A stretch of 51,780 nucleotides of DNA from an uncultured Pseudomonadota bacterium (GTDB lineage: Bacteria > Pseudomonadota > Alphaproteobacteria > RF32 > CAG-239). A model generated the notes under the pieces. The model was not told where the DNA came from and did not search any database. It was given only the letters and a program-made list of their open reading frames with translations. This document shows, piece by piece, positions 26,568 through 37,442 of this stretch. Position 1 is the stretch's first letter, and the number at the start of each line of letters is the position of its first letter. The stretch covers positions 1-51,780 of the forward strand of contig CASFLC010000131.1 of the NCBI GenBank assembly GCA_949295475.1, in the 5' to 3' direction. Both the position numbers and the translations under genes were made by a program.

Positions 26568-28205
26568 TCAGATATAGACTACGTCTTTGAACTGAGCGGT
26601 TTCATCCTCAATTATTTTTACAAAACTTTCCTGAATGCCGAATTTCAAATTTCCGACATAACCGACATTATACAACGAAGTTTTAAACAAATTCATAATA
26701 TGCGCGCACAAATCTTCATCTGCCGGACGGGAGGTGCGGATAACCAGGTCGAATCTCCGTTCGGCGGCAATCGAAAAACCGTCAAATTGAAATTTTCCAA
26801 GGCGTGAAAAATCCGTTTCCACCAAAAAACGGGTGCCGGCATGATGCGGGCGGCGCGTTTTTTCCTGTTCCTCTTCATCCCGGTTCTTTTTAAGGGCTAT
26901 TTTTATCTGAGTCAGATTTTGACCGTCAAAAAACGGAAGCGTTACCTGACGCCAGCTGACGCCTTCCCGAACAGAAGACGAAATAAACTCGCCCAGCCGG
27001 CCGACAACTTCTTTTCCCTCAACGCCCTGCGCCGATAATTCCGCCGTTAACTCCCTGCCCAGCCAGGCCTCTACGCCACCGCCGGATGCCGCCTTATAAA
27101 AAGCATGTAGGCGCGGCAGCATCTGTTCATTTTGCGCCGGCAGCCGGTTCAGGACCTCAACGGCCAGTTCCGGACGCAAATTCTGCAGCGGGGCAACGGC
27201 CTCAAGCAAATTATTCAGCCGTTCGGGAACCGTTGTCTGAAGATTGAGCAGACGGCCTGCCACGTCCCCCTTTCCGGTTTGCGGAAGTTTTTCAAACAGG
27301 CGGGACAAATCTTCCAACAAACTATCAAGCAAAGAAACCGGACGGGACCGCACCTCCACGATCTGCAAAATCAGCTCTGCGTTTTCGGAAAGATTCAGAG
27401 GCGTTTCCGTCATTATTTTTCCCAACGATGATGATAAGACCGTCTGACTGCCGCCTGACGGTTCCACCACCGCAGGAAACGTCCGGCCGTTTAATTCGGA
27501 CAGCCCGTTCGATATTCTGACGGCTGCCTCTTTGATATTTTGCAAGGCTTCCGGCTGCTGCGTCAATGGCCGGAGAATTTGAGACAGCAGACTTTCGGAC
27601 CGGGCTGCGGGAATCTGTTGCGGCACAATACTCTGTACCGACAACCGGACTTCCGTTTCAGGAAGCACCGAAATTATCTGTTGTTTCAAATTATCGGGTA
27701 TATTCAACTGCCTGACCGTTTCCACAAACCGCGGCTTTAAATTCAGCGGGAGCGGACGAATCTGCGGCAGCGAAGCACCCAAATCCGCAGACAACGCCGG
27801 AGCCGTCCGGCCATTCTGCGATGCGGCGGCATTATTTTTTAAAAAGGCGCTGATTTTGACATCGTCAACCGAAGTTATCTGTAGACGGAGCGCTTCCGGA
27901 CGCACGGAAACCACCCGGGCCGCCAGCCGGTGCGTATCCATCGTATCCAACGGCAAAGGCGCCGACAGTTTGACATTCAGCGGAACTTCCAGCTGATTTA
28001 TCATAACCGACGCCTGCAGACTCGCATTATCCGTTTTTAAGGTGCCGTTGTTTATCAGGGTTTGCAGAAGAAGAGCGTCTCCGGGTTTGAGGTTGCCAAG
28101 CTGCGGAGGAAGCTGCGTTATCATGCCGTCAAGCCCGGCTTCCGGAAGAACCGACGATATTTCGGGCGGCAGGGAGGGAATGACCAGATTACTGTTCATC
28201 GGCAA
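26568..28205 (-). CDS. Hypothetical flagellar-cluster protein with FliK-like C-terminal region
   Basis: 545 aa, overlaps the flhG end; C-terminal RFLVETDFSRLGKFQFDG...FDLVIRT resembles a hook-length-control C-domain. Confidence 0.55.
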   Translation of the reverse strand: MPMNSNLVIPSLPPEISSVLPEAGLDGMITQLPPQLGNLKPGDALLLQTLINNGTLKTDNASLQASVMINQLEVPLNVKLSAPLPLDTMDTHRLAARVVSVRPEALRLQITSVDDVKISAFLKNNAAASQNGRTAPALSADLGASLPQIRPLPLNLKPRFVETVRQLNIPDNLKQQIISVLPETEVRLSVQSIVPQQIPAARSESLLSQILRPLTQQPEALQNIKEAAVRISNGLSELNGRTFPAVVEPSGGSQTVLSSSLGKIMTETPLNLSENAELILQIVEVRSRPVSLLDSLLEDLSRLFEKLPQTGKGDVAGRLLNLQTTVPERLNNLLEAVAPLQNLRPELAVEVLNRLPAQNEQMLPRLHAFYKAASGGGVEAWLGRELTAELSAQGVEGKEVVGRLGEFISSSVREGVSWRQVTLPFFDGQNLTQIKIALKKNRDEEEQEKTRRPHHAGTRFLVETDFSRLGKFQFDGFSIAAERRFDLVIRTSRPADEDLCAHIMNLFKTSLYNVGYVGNLKFGIQESFVKIIEDETAQFKDVVYI

Positions 28206-28998
28206 TCAGCCTTTTGGCTATGGCCAACACATCTTCAGCGGCCTCAGAAGTCGGGTAGCGGTTGATAATCGAGACCTGATTGCGAATCGAATCGCGAACC
28301 CGGGTGTCTCTTCTGATAATTCCCAACAACGGCGGATTGATTTTCAAAAAGTTATTGCAGGCTTTTAACAACGTATCATAAGTTCTCTGTCCTTCTCGGA
28401 CGGAATTGGCCTGATTGACAACAATGCCGATGCTGCTTCTGGGATACTGCAAGGTCATGATTTTGATAAATGCGTAGGCATCGGTTAAAGAAGTCGGTTC
28501 ATCGGTGCAGACGACAATAATCTTTTCCGCCATGCCTGAAAGTATTCTCACCGGTTTTTCAACTCCGGCGCCCATGTCCAGAATGATTTTGTTGTAATTC
28601 GCCGCAATCAGACTCAAATCTTCACCCAAAATCTGCAGCCGGCCGACCGGCATAGAAGCCAGTCCGGCAGACCCCGAACGGCCGGCTATAACGTCAAAAT
28701 GACCTTTGTCATAGTGATAAATTACCTGATTAAGGCTCAACGCACCGGAAACAACGCTGCCCAAATCGTTTTTGACCATCAAACCAAGCTGAATATCTAT
28801 GTTGGCCAGCCCTAAATCTCCGTCAAACAGAAGCGTACGCTGTTTGTAAAGGCTTAACGCATGAGCCAGAGTTATCGAAAACCATGTCTTGCCGACGCCG
28901 CCTTTGCCCGAAGCCACCGCCAGCATGTTTTTGCCTTTACGCGAACTGCGGGCACCGGGACCGCGGGGGGCAAGAGTTAATTCTTCTTTGTTTTCCAT
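28189..28998 (-). CDS. flhG: MinD/ParA-family flagellar number regulator FlhG/FleN
   Basis: VASGKGGVGKT, DGDLGLANID, EPTSLTDAY; follows flhF. Confidence 0.88.
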   Translation of the reverse strand: MENKEELTLAPRGPGARSSRKGKNMLAVASGKGGVGKTWFSITLAHALSLYKQRTLLFDGDLGLANIDIQLGLMVKNDLGSVVSGALSLNQVIYHYDKGHFDVIAGRSGSAGLASMPVGRLQILGEDLSLIAANYNKIILDMGAGVEKPVRILSGMAEKIIVVCTDEPTSLTDAYAFIKIMTLQYPRSSIGIVVNQANSVREGQRTYDTLLKACNNFLKINPPLLGIIRRDTRVRDSIRNQVSIINRYPTSEAAEDVLAIAKRLIADEQ

Positions 28999-29015
28999 GG
29001 CTTTTACTCCTTTTT

Positions 29016-29969
29016 TCAGGACAAAATCAGTTTGGCAAGCGACCGGCTGTCAACCGGCGCCAGCCCGCCAGCAATCGACGCATTGATGCCGGCTGCGGTA
29101 AACGTCATGCCGCAACAATCGGCCAAAGACAGTACAGAACCGATGCGCCGGGTCAAATCCAGCCGGGTGGGCAGAATAAAGCGAACGCCCAATCCGGCAA
29201 AAATCTCGCCGATTTCAATGGTTTCATACGCATATCGGCCGGCATCAAAGGTCAAAATCTTATCGCATTTCAAAACTTCGGCAAAGGCAGCAACCTTGTC
29301 CACTTCCGTTTCCAGAAAAGGATTTATACCGGGCGTGTCGATTAAGACCAAACCGTATTTTTTTACCTCGGACGATATAAAATCGTACAGCCGCCGGGCA
29401 TCTTTGCAAAAAATAAAATCAAGCGCCAAAATCTCGGCAAAAGCTTTCAGCTGCTGATTGGCGCCGGCCCGAACATTGTCCGTGCTGACGATGGCTGTCG
29501 GAATTTTTTGCAATTTGGCCTGCGTCGCCACTTTTGCAATGGCCGTCGATTTTCCGGAACCGGGTGTTCCCATAAACATTTTAAACGGCGTTTTTAAATT
29601 TAATATCCGGTCATAGCGATACAACCCCTCCAGCGCCGCAGCCAGCACCCGCACATCGTCGCGGCCGCCTTTCTGTCTTCCGGTTTCCCGGCAGCGTGCC
29701 AAAATATGCTGCTGCACCAAATCAATCACGCCATGATACGACAAAGCTTCGCGAATCCGCGTATCATCAAAAAAGGCCCGAGTGTCTACCGCTTCTATCT
29801 CGTCTTTGGCATTAAAATCAAAGTCGCTTTTTTCATCAACGGCAGCCTGTATCAACACCTTGCCGTCCACCGTGCGGTTAGAAAGGATGACGGCATCCCC
29901 TCCAAGCTCCCGCCGTATCTGCTGCATGGCTTCGTTGATGTTATCCGCTATGAAATTTTTGATTTTCAT
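29016..29969 (-). CDS. flhF: Flagellar SRP-family GTPase FlhF
   Basis: N-terminal IRRELGGDAVILS; GTPGSGKST, DTPG; lies between flhA and flhG. Confidence 0.88.
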   Translation of the reverse strand: MKIKNFIADNINEAMQQIRRELGGDAVILSNRTVDGKVLIQAAVDEKSDFDFNAKDEIEAVDTRAFFDDTRIREALSYHGVIDLVQQHILARCRETGRQKGGRDDVRVLAAALEGLYRYDRILNLKTPFKMFMGTPGSGKSTAIAKVATQAKLQKIPTAIVSTDNVRAGANQQLKAFAEILALDFIFCKDARRLYDFISSEVKKYGLVLIDTPGINPFLETEVDKVAAFAEVLKCDKILTFDAGRYAYETIEIGEIFAGLGVRFILPTRLDLTRRIGSVLSLADCCGMTFTAAGINASIAGGLAPVDSRSLAKLILS

Positions 29970-29971
29970 GC

Positions 29972-32086
29972 TTAAATCTGACCTACGGTTTTAATCTTGG
30001 CCTTGGGATGAATTTCGTTTTGCGACATCACAACCGTCAGAGGGCGGAAACGCTCAATAATCGAACGTACAAACGGACGGACGACCGGACTGGTCAGCAA
30101 AACGGCACTTTCCCCTCTGGAAGCCAAATCTTCCATAACCGTCCGGACTTTGTTGATAAAACCTTGCAAAGCGCTCGGCGCCATGGCCAGCTGCCGGTCG
30201 TCGCCATCGCCGACGATGGCCTCGGCAAAAGCCTGCTCCCATTCCGGAGACAGCGTTACCAGCGAAATAACGCCGAACTCGTTGGCATAAGCATTCGACA
30301 ACTGACGTGCCAGGCGGGTGCGGACATGCTCGGTTATCAGCATCAGGCTGTGCGTGGTGCCGACCGCCTCGGAAATACCTTCAAGAATAGTCGGCAAATC
30401 GCGGATGGAAACACGCTCCTGCAGCAAATTCTGCAAAACGCGCTGCAGCGCCCCGAGGCTGACTTTTCCGGGAATAAGTTCTTTGACGAGCTTTTGATGC
30501 TCTTTATCCAATTCATCAAGCAGCTTCTGCGTTTCGGCGTAAGACAGAAGTTCCGGCATATTGTCCTTGACCAATTCGGTAATATGGGTGGTAATGACCG
30601 TGGCCGGATCAACCACCGTATATCCCCGGAACATGGCCTCTTCCCGGTAAGAAGGATCTATCCACATGGCTTTAAGTCCGAATGTCGGTTCAAAGGTGTT
30701 TTCACCGGGAAGCGTTATTGTCTCGCCCCGCGGATCCATAACCAACAACTGGGTGGGCCGCAGTTCTCCTTTGCCGGATTTGACTTCTTTGATATAAATA
30801 TTATATTCGTTGGCACCCAGCTGCATGTTGTCCTGAATACGGATGGACGGCATGACGAATCCGAGTTCGGAAGCCAAAGCCCGGCGCAATGCCTTAATCT
30901 GATCCGTCAATTTGCGGTTAGCCTCTTCGTTAACCAGCGGCAGCAATCCGTAACCGATTTCAAGACGAATCAAATCGACCCGCAACGCGTTGGCTATCGG
31001 TTCATCGGCGGCCTTGGCCATTTTGCCCTGTTTTTCTTCCTGCTCCATAACGGCCTGAGCCTGCGCCATTGCCTCCTTCTGGCGTTTGTCCAGATAATAA
31101 GCGGTCGAGCCGGTCAAAGTCGCCAGCAAAATAAACGGGATGGCCGGCGTTCCGGGAAGCATGCCCAATGCCAGAGCCAGAAAAGCGCTCATGCCCAGCG
31201 CTTTAGGATAATTGGCCAGTTGCTCAAACAACACTTTGTCCGTCGAATCGGTCATGCCGGCTTTGGAAACCAAAATACCGGCGGCAACCGAAACAATCAG
31301 CGCCGGAACCTGCGAAACCAGACCGTCACCGACCGTCAGGCGCATGTATGTTTCCGCCGCATCGGAAAAACTCATGCCGTTTTGAACCATGCCGATGATG
31401 ATACCGGCCACAATGTTGATAAATACAATCAGCAGGCCGGCTATGGCATCTCCGCGTACAAACTTGGAGGCACCGTCCATGGCGCCGTAAAACGAGCTTT
31501 CTTTCGACAAATCTTCCCGGCGTTTGCGGGCTTCGTCTTCATTAATCAGACCGGAAGACAAATCCGCGTCGATTGCCATCTGTTTGCCGGGCATGGCATC
31601 CAAAGCAAATCGTGCGGCAACTTCGGCAATACGCCCCGAACCTTTGGTAATGACGATAAAATTGACTAAAACCAAAATTGCAAAGACGATGACGCCGATG
31701 ACAAAACTATTGCCCATAATGAAACCGCCGAATGCCTTAATCACCTCTCCGGCGGCGTCAGGCCCCTGATAGCCGTGAGACAGAATCAGCCTGGTAGAAG
31801 CCAGATTGAGGGAAAGGCGGTACATGGTGGTAATCAGCAAAACTAGCGGAAAAGCGCTGAATTCTGTCGGTTTTTCAATAAAAATCGCCATCATCAGCAC
31901 AATACAGGACATTGTAATCGAAAAAGCCAGCAAAACATCCAGCAACCAGGCCGGCAGAGGCATAATCAGAATAACCAGCATCAAAATAATGGCAAAAGCA
32001 AAGAAAATATCGCCGCGCCGGGTGGCACCGAGCAGCATTTCCCGAAAGCTTTTTCCGCCAAACATGTGTTGCTGTTGACCGGCCAT
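29972..32086 (-). CDS. flhA: Flagellar export protein FlhA
   Basis: RIAEVAARFALDAMPGKQMAIDADL, FYGAMDGASKFVRGD. Confidence 0.98.
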   Translation of the reverse strand: MAGQQQHMFGGKSFREMLLGATRRGDIFFAFAIILMLVILIMPLPAWLLDVLLAFSITMSCIVLMMAIFIEKPTEFSAFPLVLLITTMYRLSLNLASTRLILSHGYQGPDAAGEVIKAFGGFIMGNSFVIGVIVFAILVLVNFIVITKGSGRIAEVAARFALDAMPGKQMAIDADLSSGLINEDEARKRREDLSKESSFYGAMDGASKFVRGDAIAGLLIVFINIVAGIIIGMVQNGMSFSDAAETYMRLTVGDGLVSQVPALIVSVAAGILVSKAGMTDSTDKVLFEQLANYPKALGMSAFLALALGMLPGTPAIPFILLATLTGSTAYYLDKRQKEAMAQAQAVMEQEEKQGKMAKAADEPIANALRVDLIRLEIGYGLLPLVNEEANRKLTDQIKALRRALASELGFVMPSIRIQDNMQLGANEYNIYIKEVKSGKGELRPTQLLVMDPRGETITLPGENTFEPTFGLKAMWIDPSYREEAMFRGYTVVDPATVITTHITELVKDNMPELLSYAETQKLLDELDKEHQKLVKELIPGKVSLGALQRVLQNLLQERVSIRDLPTILEGISEAVGTTHSLMLITEHVRTRLARQLSNAYANEFGVISLVTLSPEWEQAFAEAIVGDGDDRQLAMAPSALQGFINKVRTVMEDLASRGESAVLLTSPVVRPFVRSIIERFRPLTVVMSQNEIHPKAKIKTVGQI

Positions 32087-32094
32087 TCAGCCCC

Positions 32095-33417
32095 CTATCC
32101 CTGCGGCGAAGCCGGGATATCGAATCCCTCTTCCTGATATTGTTTTAATTTATTGCGCAGCGTGCGAATGGAAATCCCCAAAATATTGGCTGCCGTCGTG
32201 CGATTGCCCATCGTATGTTTGAGCGTGTCGATAATCAGGCGGCGCTCCATGCCGGCGACCGTCTGTCCCACCTGAGGTTCCGGATTATCCGGTTGCGACT
32301 CGGGATTTATTACGGCGGAAGCATCTGTCAAAATTATCGCATCTTCGCCGATTTCATCCCCGGTGCTCAGCAAAACCGCCCGGTGCATGGTATTTTCAAG
32401 CTCACGGACATTGCCGGGCCAGAGATAATTCAAAAGTTTTTGCTCGGCGGCGGGCGCCAAATCTTTCATCGGCAAGTCGTTGAGTTCCGAAAATTTTTTG
32501 ATAAAATGCTTGGCCAGCACCGGAATATCGCCGGGACGGTCTTTTAAATCGGGAATATTGATGTTAATGACATTAAGGCGATAATACAAATCCTGCCGGA
32601 AACTTCCGTTTTTGACGGCTTCTTCCAAATTGCGGTTGGACGTGGCTATGATTCTGGCATTTACTTTTATCGGAGCCTTTCCGCCGATGCGGTCAATTTC
32701 TTTTTCCTGAATGGCGCGCAGCAGCTTGGCCTGAATACCGATATCCATTTCGGAAATTTCATCCAGCAGCAAGGTGCCGTCCGAAGCCTCTTCAAACTTT
32801 CCTATCCGGCGGGCGACGGCACCGGTAAATGCGCCTTTTTCATATCCGAAAAGCTCGGATTCCAGCAGTGTTTCGGGAATTGCCGCGCAGTTAACCGCCA
32901 CAAATTTTTTATTGGCGCGTTTGGAATTGTCATGGATAAAGCGGGAAAAGATTTCTTTACCCGTTCCCGAATTGCCCGTCAGCAGGACGCTGGCTTCCGA
33001 CGGCGCAATTTGTTTGGCCATTTTCAGTATGGCCTCGGTTTTTTTGTCGCCGTAAATCAGAGCATGATTTTCACGCGTGGCCGCCGCCAGCACCGCGCCT
33101 ATCAGTTCCGGATCCGGCGGCAACGGAATATACTCTTTGGCTCCGGCCTTAATTGCCTTGACGGCCAGAGAGGGATCATTGGCAACGCCGCAGGCCACGA
33201 CCAGAACATTTATCCGCTCCTGCTCCAGAGACGAAATAAACTTGTAAATATCGAGTTTGACATCAATCATTACCAACTCGATTGATTTTCCTGACCGCAA
33301 AATATCCAAAGCGGTTTCTATTTTGTCGGCCAAAGAGACATGACCGCCCTGCGCCACCGCAATTTTGCTGGCAGCCCCAATCTGTCCCTCCAATGTTCCG
33401 ACAATCAGTAATTCCAT
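32095..33417 (-). CDS. flbD: Sigma54-dependent flagellar activator FlbD
   Basis: Atypical receiver domain, GNSGTGKE, GAFTGA, Fis-type HTH; fliF-G-H-N-flbD-flhA order. Confidence 0.92.
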   Translation of the reverse strand: MELLIVGTLEGQIGAASKIAVAQGGHVSLADKIETALDILRSGKSIELVMIDVKLDIYKFISSLEQERINVLVVACGVANDPSLAVKAIKAGAKEYIPLPPDPELIGAVLAAATRENHALIYGDKKTEAILKMAKQIAPSEASVLLTGNSGTGKEIFSRFIHDNSKRANKKFVAVNCAAIPETLLESELFGYEKGAFTGAVARRIGKFEEASDGTLLLDEISEMDIGIQAKLLRAIQEKEIDRIGGKAPIKVNARIIATSNRNLEEAVKNGSFRQDLYYRLNVININIPDLKDRPGDIPVLAKHFIKKFSELNDLPMKDLAPAAEQKLLNYLWPGNVRELENTMHRAVLLSTGDEIGEDAIILTDASAVINPESQPDNPEPQVGQTVAGMERRLIIDTLKHTMGNRTTAANILGISIRTLRNKLKQYQEEGFDIPASPQG

Positions 33418-33436
33418 TTAGGCCTCGGTTTTGCGT

Positions 33437-33790
33437 TTATTTCGGCGCAGACTTGACAATCTCGGTCATGGTGATGCCAAGTTTGTCATCCACGACCACA
33501 ACTTCTCCGCGGGCAACCAGATTGTTATTGACATAAATGTCTATCGCCTCGCCGACTTTACGGTCAAGCTCTATAATCGCGCCTTTGTTCAACTTCATCA
33601 GCTGGCTGACTTTCATCTGAGTTTTGCCCAAAATGGCCGATACCTTAACCGGAATGTTATAGACCGCTTCCAAATCTGACGTTGAGGTCGGAATATCAAA
33701 ATCTTCCGGACCGCTGTCTTTACGCAGCACCGGTTCATCATTGAGAACGGAACTTTCATTGAGTTCGTCTAATTCTAAATTTTTATCCAT
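33437..33790 (-). CDS. fliN: Flagellar motor switch protein FliN
   Basis: IPVKVSAILG, ARGEVVVVD; probable start MDKN at 33790. Confidence 0.93.
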   Translation of the reverse strand: MDKNLELDELNESSVLNDEPVLRKDSGPEDFDIPTSTSDLEAVYNIPVKVSAILGKTQMKVSQLMKLNKGAIIELDRKVGEAIDIYVNNNLVARGEVVVVDDKLGITMTEIVKSAPK

Positions 33791-34556
33791 TGTCCCTCTC
33801 TTTATTGGCAGATGATTTATCATCCAGCAAATCTTCTATTTTTTCAAGTGTTTTATGGCTGTTACGCTCAACGCCGCCGTTTGTCCACTCCACCAGGCAG
33901 TCGCTCATCCCCAGCGCAGCGTTTTTATGAATGGCTATTTTGCCTTCAAAATCGTTTTTGTCAGCCAGTTTGGAAATAATTTCCGCCGCTGCTCCCGCCA
34001 TTTCGGGATTAAGGCTGAAAGAAAGCGACGCTTCTTTGCCAAAGTCGGCAAAATTTTCTTCCAAAAACTTTTTGACTTCGTCCCGCGCATGCTTTTTCTC
34101 CAGCGACGGAAACAACTTTCCGACTGCGGCAGCTGCCAAGCTTAAAGCCTCACGCTCTGCCCGACGTTCCTGCTCCTTTTCTCCAGCAAACAACTCTTGC
34201 AGCCGCGTGTTCATTTCCTGCAAAAGGTCCAGCCGTTGTTTTTCAAAATCGCCGAATGCGGCGCGAAAGCCGTTTTCGTATCCGCGCTCTTCGGCCTGTT
34301 TTACCGCCGCGTCCAGTTCATCCTGACTGAACGTGGCAGCGGGCGGAGACAACGGTTCCGGCTCAGGGGCAGGCTCCGGCTCGGCAACAGTTTCAATCTT
34401 CTCTGCCTCTTCAACGGGAAGCTCTTCCGGAACTGGTTCAGGCGTTTGGGTATCCGCAACTTCCGTAACGGGGCCGGCATTGTCTGACGGAGAAGCTTTT
34501 TCATCCTCGCAGGCAATGACAAAATTATCAAACATAAATTTTTGATAGTGCGGCAC
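33783..34556 (-). CDS. fliH: Flagellar assembly protein FliH
   Basis: KFMFD N-terminus, AEERGYENG repeat, CLVEWTNGG; lies between fliG and fliN. Confidence 0.85.
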   Translation of the reverse strand: MPHYQKFMFDNFVIACEDEKASPSDNAGPVTEVADTQTPEPVPEELPVEEAEKIETVAEPEPAPEPEPLSPPAATFSQDELDAAVKQAEERGYENGFRAAFGDFEKQRLDLLQEMNTRLQELFAGEKEQERRAEREALSLAAAAVGKLFPSLEKKHARDEVKKFLEENFADFGKEASLSFSLNPEMAGAAAEIISKLADKNDFEGKIAIHKNAALGMSDCLVEWTNGGVERNSHKTLEKIEDLLDDKSSANKERDNG

Positions 34557-34573
34557 CTAACCTTTTCTCCATT

Positions 34574-35596
34574 TTAATAAACAAGCTCGTCGCTGTCTTT
34601 GCCCTCACTGACCACAATCTCACCGCTGTTGGCAAGATCTTTGGTGGTGCTGACGATATATTGCTGGGCTTCTTCCACGTCACGCAGGCGAACCGGCCCC
34701 ATGGCATCCATATCTTCTTTGATAATCTTTCCGGCGCGGGAAGACATGTTGTTGAAGAACAAATCCTTAATGGTATCGGAAGCGCCTTTCAGAGCAATTG
34801 CCAATTTGTCCTTATCAACATTGCGCAGCAAGACCTGAATACCCTGAGAATCGACACGGGTCAAATCCTCAAACGTGAACATCAAAGACTTGACGCGCTC
34901 GGCGCTTTCGCGGTTGCGTTCTTCCAGGGCCTCCATGAAACGGGTTTCGGTATTGCGGTCCAAAGAGTTGAAAATATCCGCAATCAATTCGTGCGAATCG
35001 CGTCTGGTCGACTTGGACAGATTGCTCATAAATTCTTTGCGCAAGGTCTTTTCCAAACCGTCCAAAACCTCCTTCTGAACGGAATCCATCCGCAACATGC
35101 GCATAACGATTTCCATGGCAAAGTTTTCCGGAAACAGGGCAATGACTTTTGCTGCATGTTCCGCCTTAATCTTGGAAAGGATAACCGCAATCGTCTGTGG
35201 ATATTCGTTTTTGAGATAATTGGCCAACACATGCTCATTAACATTACCGAGTTTGTCCCACATGGTACGGCCGGCCGGGCCGCGGATTTCTTCCATAATA
35301 ATGGACACGCGGTCTTTGTCCAACGCTTTGGCCAGCAGGCGCTCGGTGCTTTCGTAGGTCCCGATTAACGCGCCGGTGTTGGAAATCTTGTCATTAAATT
35401 CATGCAGAAGCTGTTCAACCACGTTGGAATTAATTTTGCCAAGACTGGCCATAATTACCGACAGCTCTTTGATTTCTTCGTCATCCATCAGCGAAAAAAG
35501 GCTGGCCGACCGCTCCTCATCCAGCGAAAGCATCAGAATGGCAGCCTTCTGCGGACCGGATAAAACATTATAATCATCAATAACGTTCTGCTTCAT
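34574..35596 (-). CDS. fliG: Flagellar motor switch protein FliG
   Basis: [31 protein letters not shown]. Confidence 0.97.
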   Translation of the reverse strand: MKQNVIDDYNVLSGPQKAAILMLSLDEERSASLFSLMDDEEIKELSVIMASLGKINSNVVEQLLHEFNDKISNTGALIGTYESTERLLAKALDKDRVSIIMEEIRGPAGRTMWDKLGNVNEHVLANYLKNEYPQTIAVILSKIKAEHAAKVIALFPENFAMEIVMRMLRMDSVQKEVLDGLEKTLRKEFMSNLSKSTRRDSHELIADIFNSLDRNTETRFMEALEERNRESAERVKSLMFTFEDLTRVDSQGIQVLLRNVDKDKLAIALKGASDTIKDLFFNNMSSRAGKIIKEDMDAMGPVRLRDVEEAQQYIVSTTKDLANSGEIVVSEGKDSDELVY

Positions 35597-35608
35597 GCCT
35601 GTATTTCC

Positions 35609-37231
35609 CTAATTGTCATTGTTATAAAGCCAACTGCGGATAATATTGACCGCCGCGTCGGGATTTTTTTCAACCACGGAATTAAGCTTTTTGAGCGAGG
35701 AAACCTTAACTCTGCCGTCGATTTTGTTAAGATTGACCAATTCGTCGCTGTCATCATCTTCATTAAGGAAGTTGGAGAGCAGCAGATTATCGTCATCCGT
35801 TCCGCTGAGCAGCTTGTCGCCGCCGGGGGCCGGCGTTTCGAACGCATTGTTTATCAACGGACGGATAACCAGTAAAATAACCAGAATGGCAACGATTGCA
35901 ACCCCGAGCCCTTCAGCAATCCGCAACAATTCCGCTTTGGTAAAGCCAAAATACAACGTTTCCGCAGGCTTGACCGTATCGGCCATATTGCCGGCAAAGC
36001 GCAGATTTTCAACCGCCACCAAATCGCCGCGGTTGGGGTCGTATCCGACGGCGGATTTAACCAAGTCGGTCAATTTTTCCATTTCATCGGCATTAAGAGG
36101 ACGATATTCCAACCGGCCGTCGGCATTTTTTTCATAAATCCCGTCGACCACCGCGGCCACGCTCAACCGCTTGATGGTTCCGGTATTTTTGACTTTGTTG
36201 CGGACAACTTTGGAAATCTCGTAATTAATCGTTTCTTCGGTTTTGGAACTCTGGCTGTAAGTACCGGCATCATCCGCCACCATGTCCCCGTTGGGAATGT
36301 TTTGGGCTACCGTCACCGGCTTGACATCCTGTCCGGAAGTCGTGTTTTCGGTTACGTTAGCCTGCGAGCGGATTACCTGTCCGTCGGGGTCGTAGAGTTC
36401 TTCATTGGTCACGACCTGATCAAAATCCATTTCCAGACTGACCTGCGCCTGAGCCTTTCCGGGGCCGAGGGTTCTTTCCAAAATATTGCGGACCTTGTCA
36501 GCCATTTTGCGCTCCGTTTCCAGACGGAGAATTTCGTTATTGGCATTTTTGACGGCTTCTTCGTCCTCAAAATTATTGGTCAGCAAATTGCCGGCATTGT
36601 CAACAATCGACACGTTCTTCACATCAAGCTTGGGCACCGCTGCGGCCACCAACTGTTGAATCGACTGGATGTTTTTAAGGCTGAGCTTGCTGCCGTCTGC
36701 CGTTTTGACGACAACCGAAGCCGTCGGCGTCTGCTCTTCGCGGGAAAACATTTCTCTTTTGGGAAGCACCAGATGAACTCTGGCCGAACGGATATTGTCC
36801 ACCGTGCGAATCGTCCGGGCCAACTCACCCTCCAGCGCGCGTATCAGATTGACGTTTTGCACAAAATTGGTTGTTCCCAACGCATCGGTATTGTCAAAAA
36901 TCTCATATCCGACATTAGAACCTTTGGAAGCCATCGCCAGCTCTGCGGTATCGACCCGCATCCGGTTGACATCTTCCAGCGGGACCAGAACTTCCGTTCC
37001 GTTTTTGGTCAGCCGGTACTTGACGTTGGCGCTTTCCAGACGGGAGACAATCTGCTTGGCATCCTCAAGCTCAAGATCCGTATACAAAATACCGTATTCG
37101 TCAGAATTCATCTGGACGCCGATATACACAAAAAAGCTGATTAAAAAGATGAGTATCGCCGCAATGGACGCCAAACGTCCCGGCGACATGTTCTTTAAAG
37201 CCTGTAAGATGTTATTCACCAGATTCCCCAA
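35609..37231 (-). CDS. fliF: Flagellar M-ring protein FliF
   Basis: VGYEIFD, RALEGELARTI, ARVHLV, SAVGYDPNRGD; two TM segments. Confidence 0.97.
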   Translation of the reverse strand: MGNLVNNILQALKNMSPGRLASIAAILIFLISFFVYIGVQMNSDEYGILYTDLELEDAKQIVSRLESANVKYRLTKNGTEVLVPLEDVNRMRVDTAELAMASKGSNVGYEIFDNTDALGTTNFVQNVNLIRALEGELARTIRTVDNIRSARVHLVLPKREMFSREEQTPTASVVVKTADGSKLSLKNIQSIQQLVAAAVPKLDVKNVSIVDNAGNLLTNNFEDEEAVKNANNEILRLETERKMADKVRNILERTLGPGKAQAQVSLEMDFDQVVTNEELYDPDGQVIRSQANVTENTTSGQDVKPVTVAQNIPNGDMVADDAGTYSQSSKTEETINYEISKVVRNKVKNTGTIKRLSVAAVVDGIYEKNADGRLEYRPLNADEMEKLTDLVKSAVGYDPNRGDLVAVENLRFAGNMADTVKPAETLYFGFTKAELLRIAEGLGVAIVAILVILLVIRPLINNAFETPAPGGDKLLSGTDDDNLLLSNFLNEDDDSDELVNLNKIDGRVKVSSLKKLNSVVEKNPDAAVNIIRSWLYNNDN

Positions 37232-37374
37232 TCGTTTTATTGTACAGTTATGTTTTGCGTCTGCAATTACGCATGCCCGTTCCCTCCGGGCTTAATTTTC
37301 CCCATTTGTTTATGTCTTAACTTAAAAATCCCGATTAATAAACGGATATTTTCAGATATTCACAGCCACCCCCT

Positions 37375-37410
37375 AAAAAAGGCGTATTCCTGTTCTGAAT
37401 ACGCCTTTTT
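37375..37410 (-). terminator. flgE terminator
   Basis: AAAAAGGCGTATTC/GAATACGCCTTTTT. Confidence 0.8.
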
Positions 37411-37442
37411 GTTTTAGGAGATTGTTATGACATCACCAAAGA

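Noticed and set aside
37290..37345. CtrA site upstream of fliF
   Set aside because: TTAA half-sites are present but not at N7 spacing.
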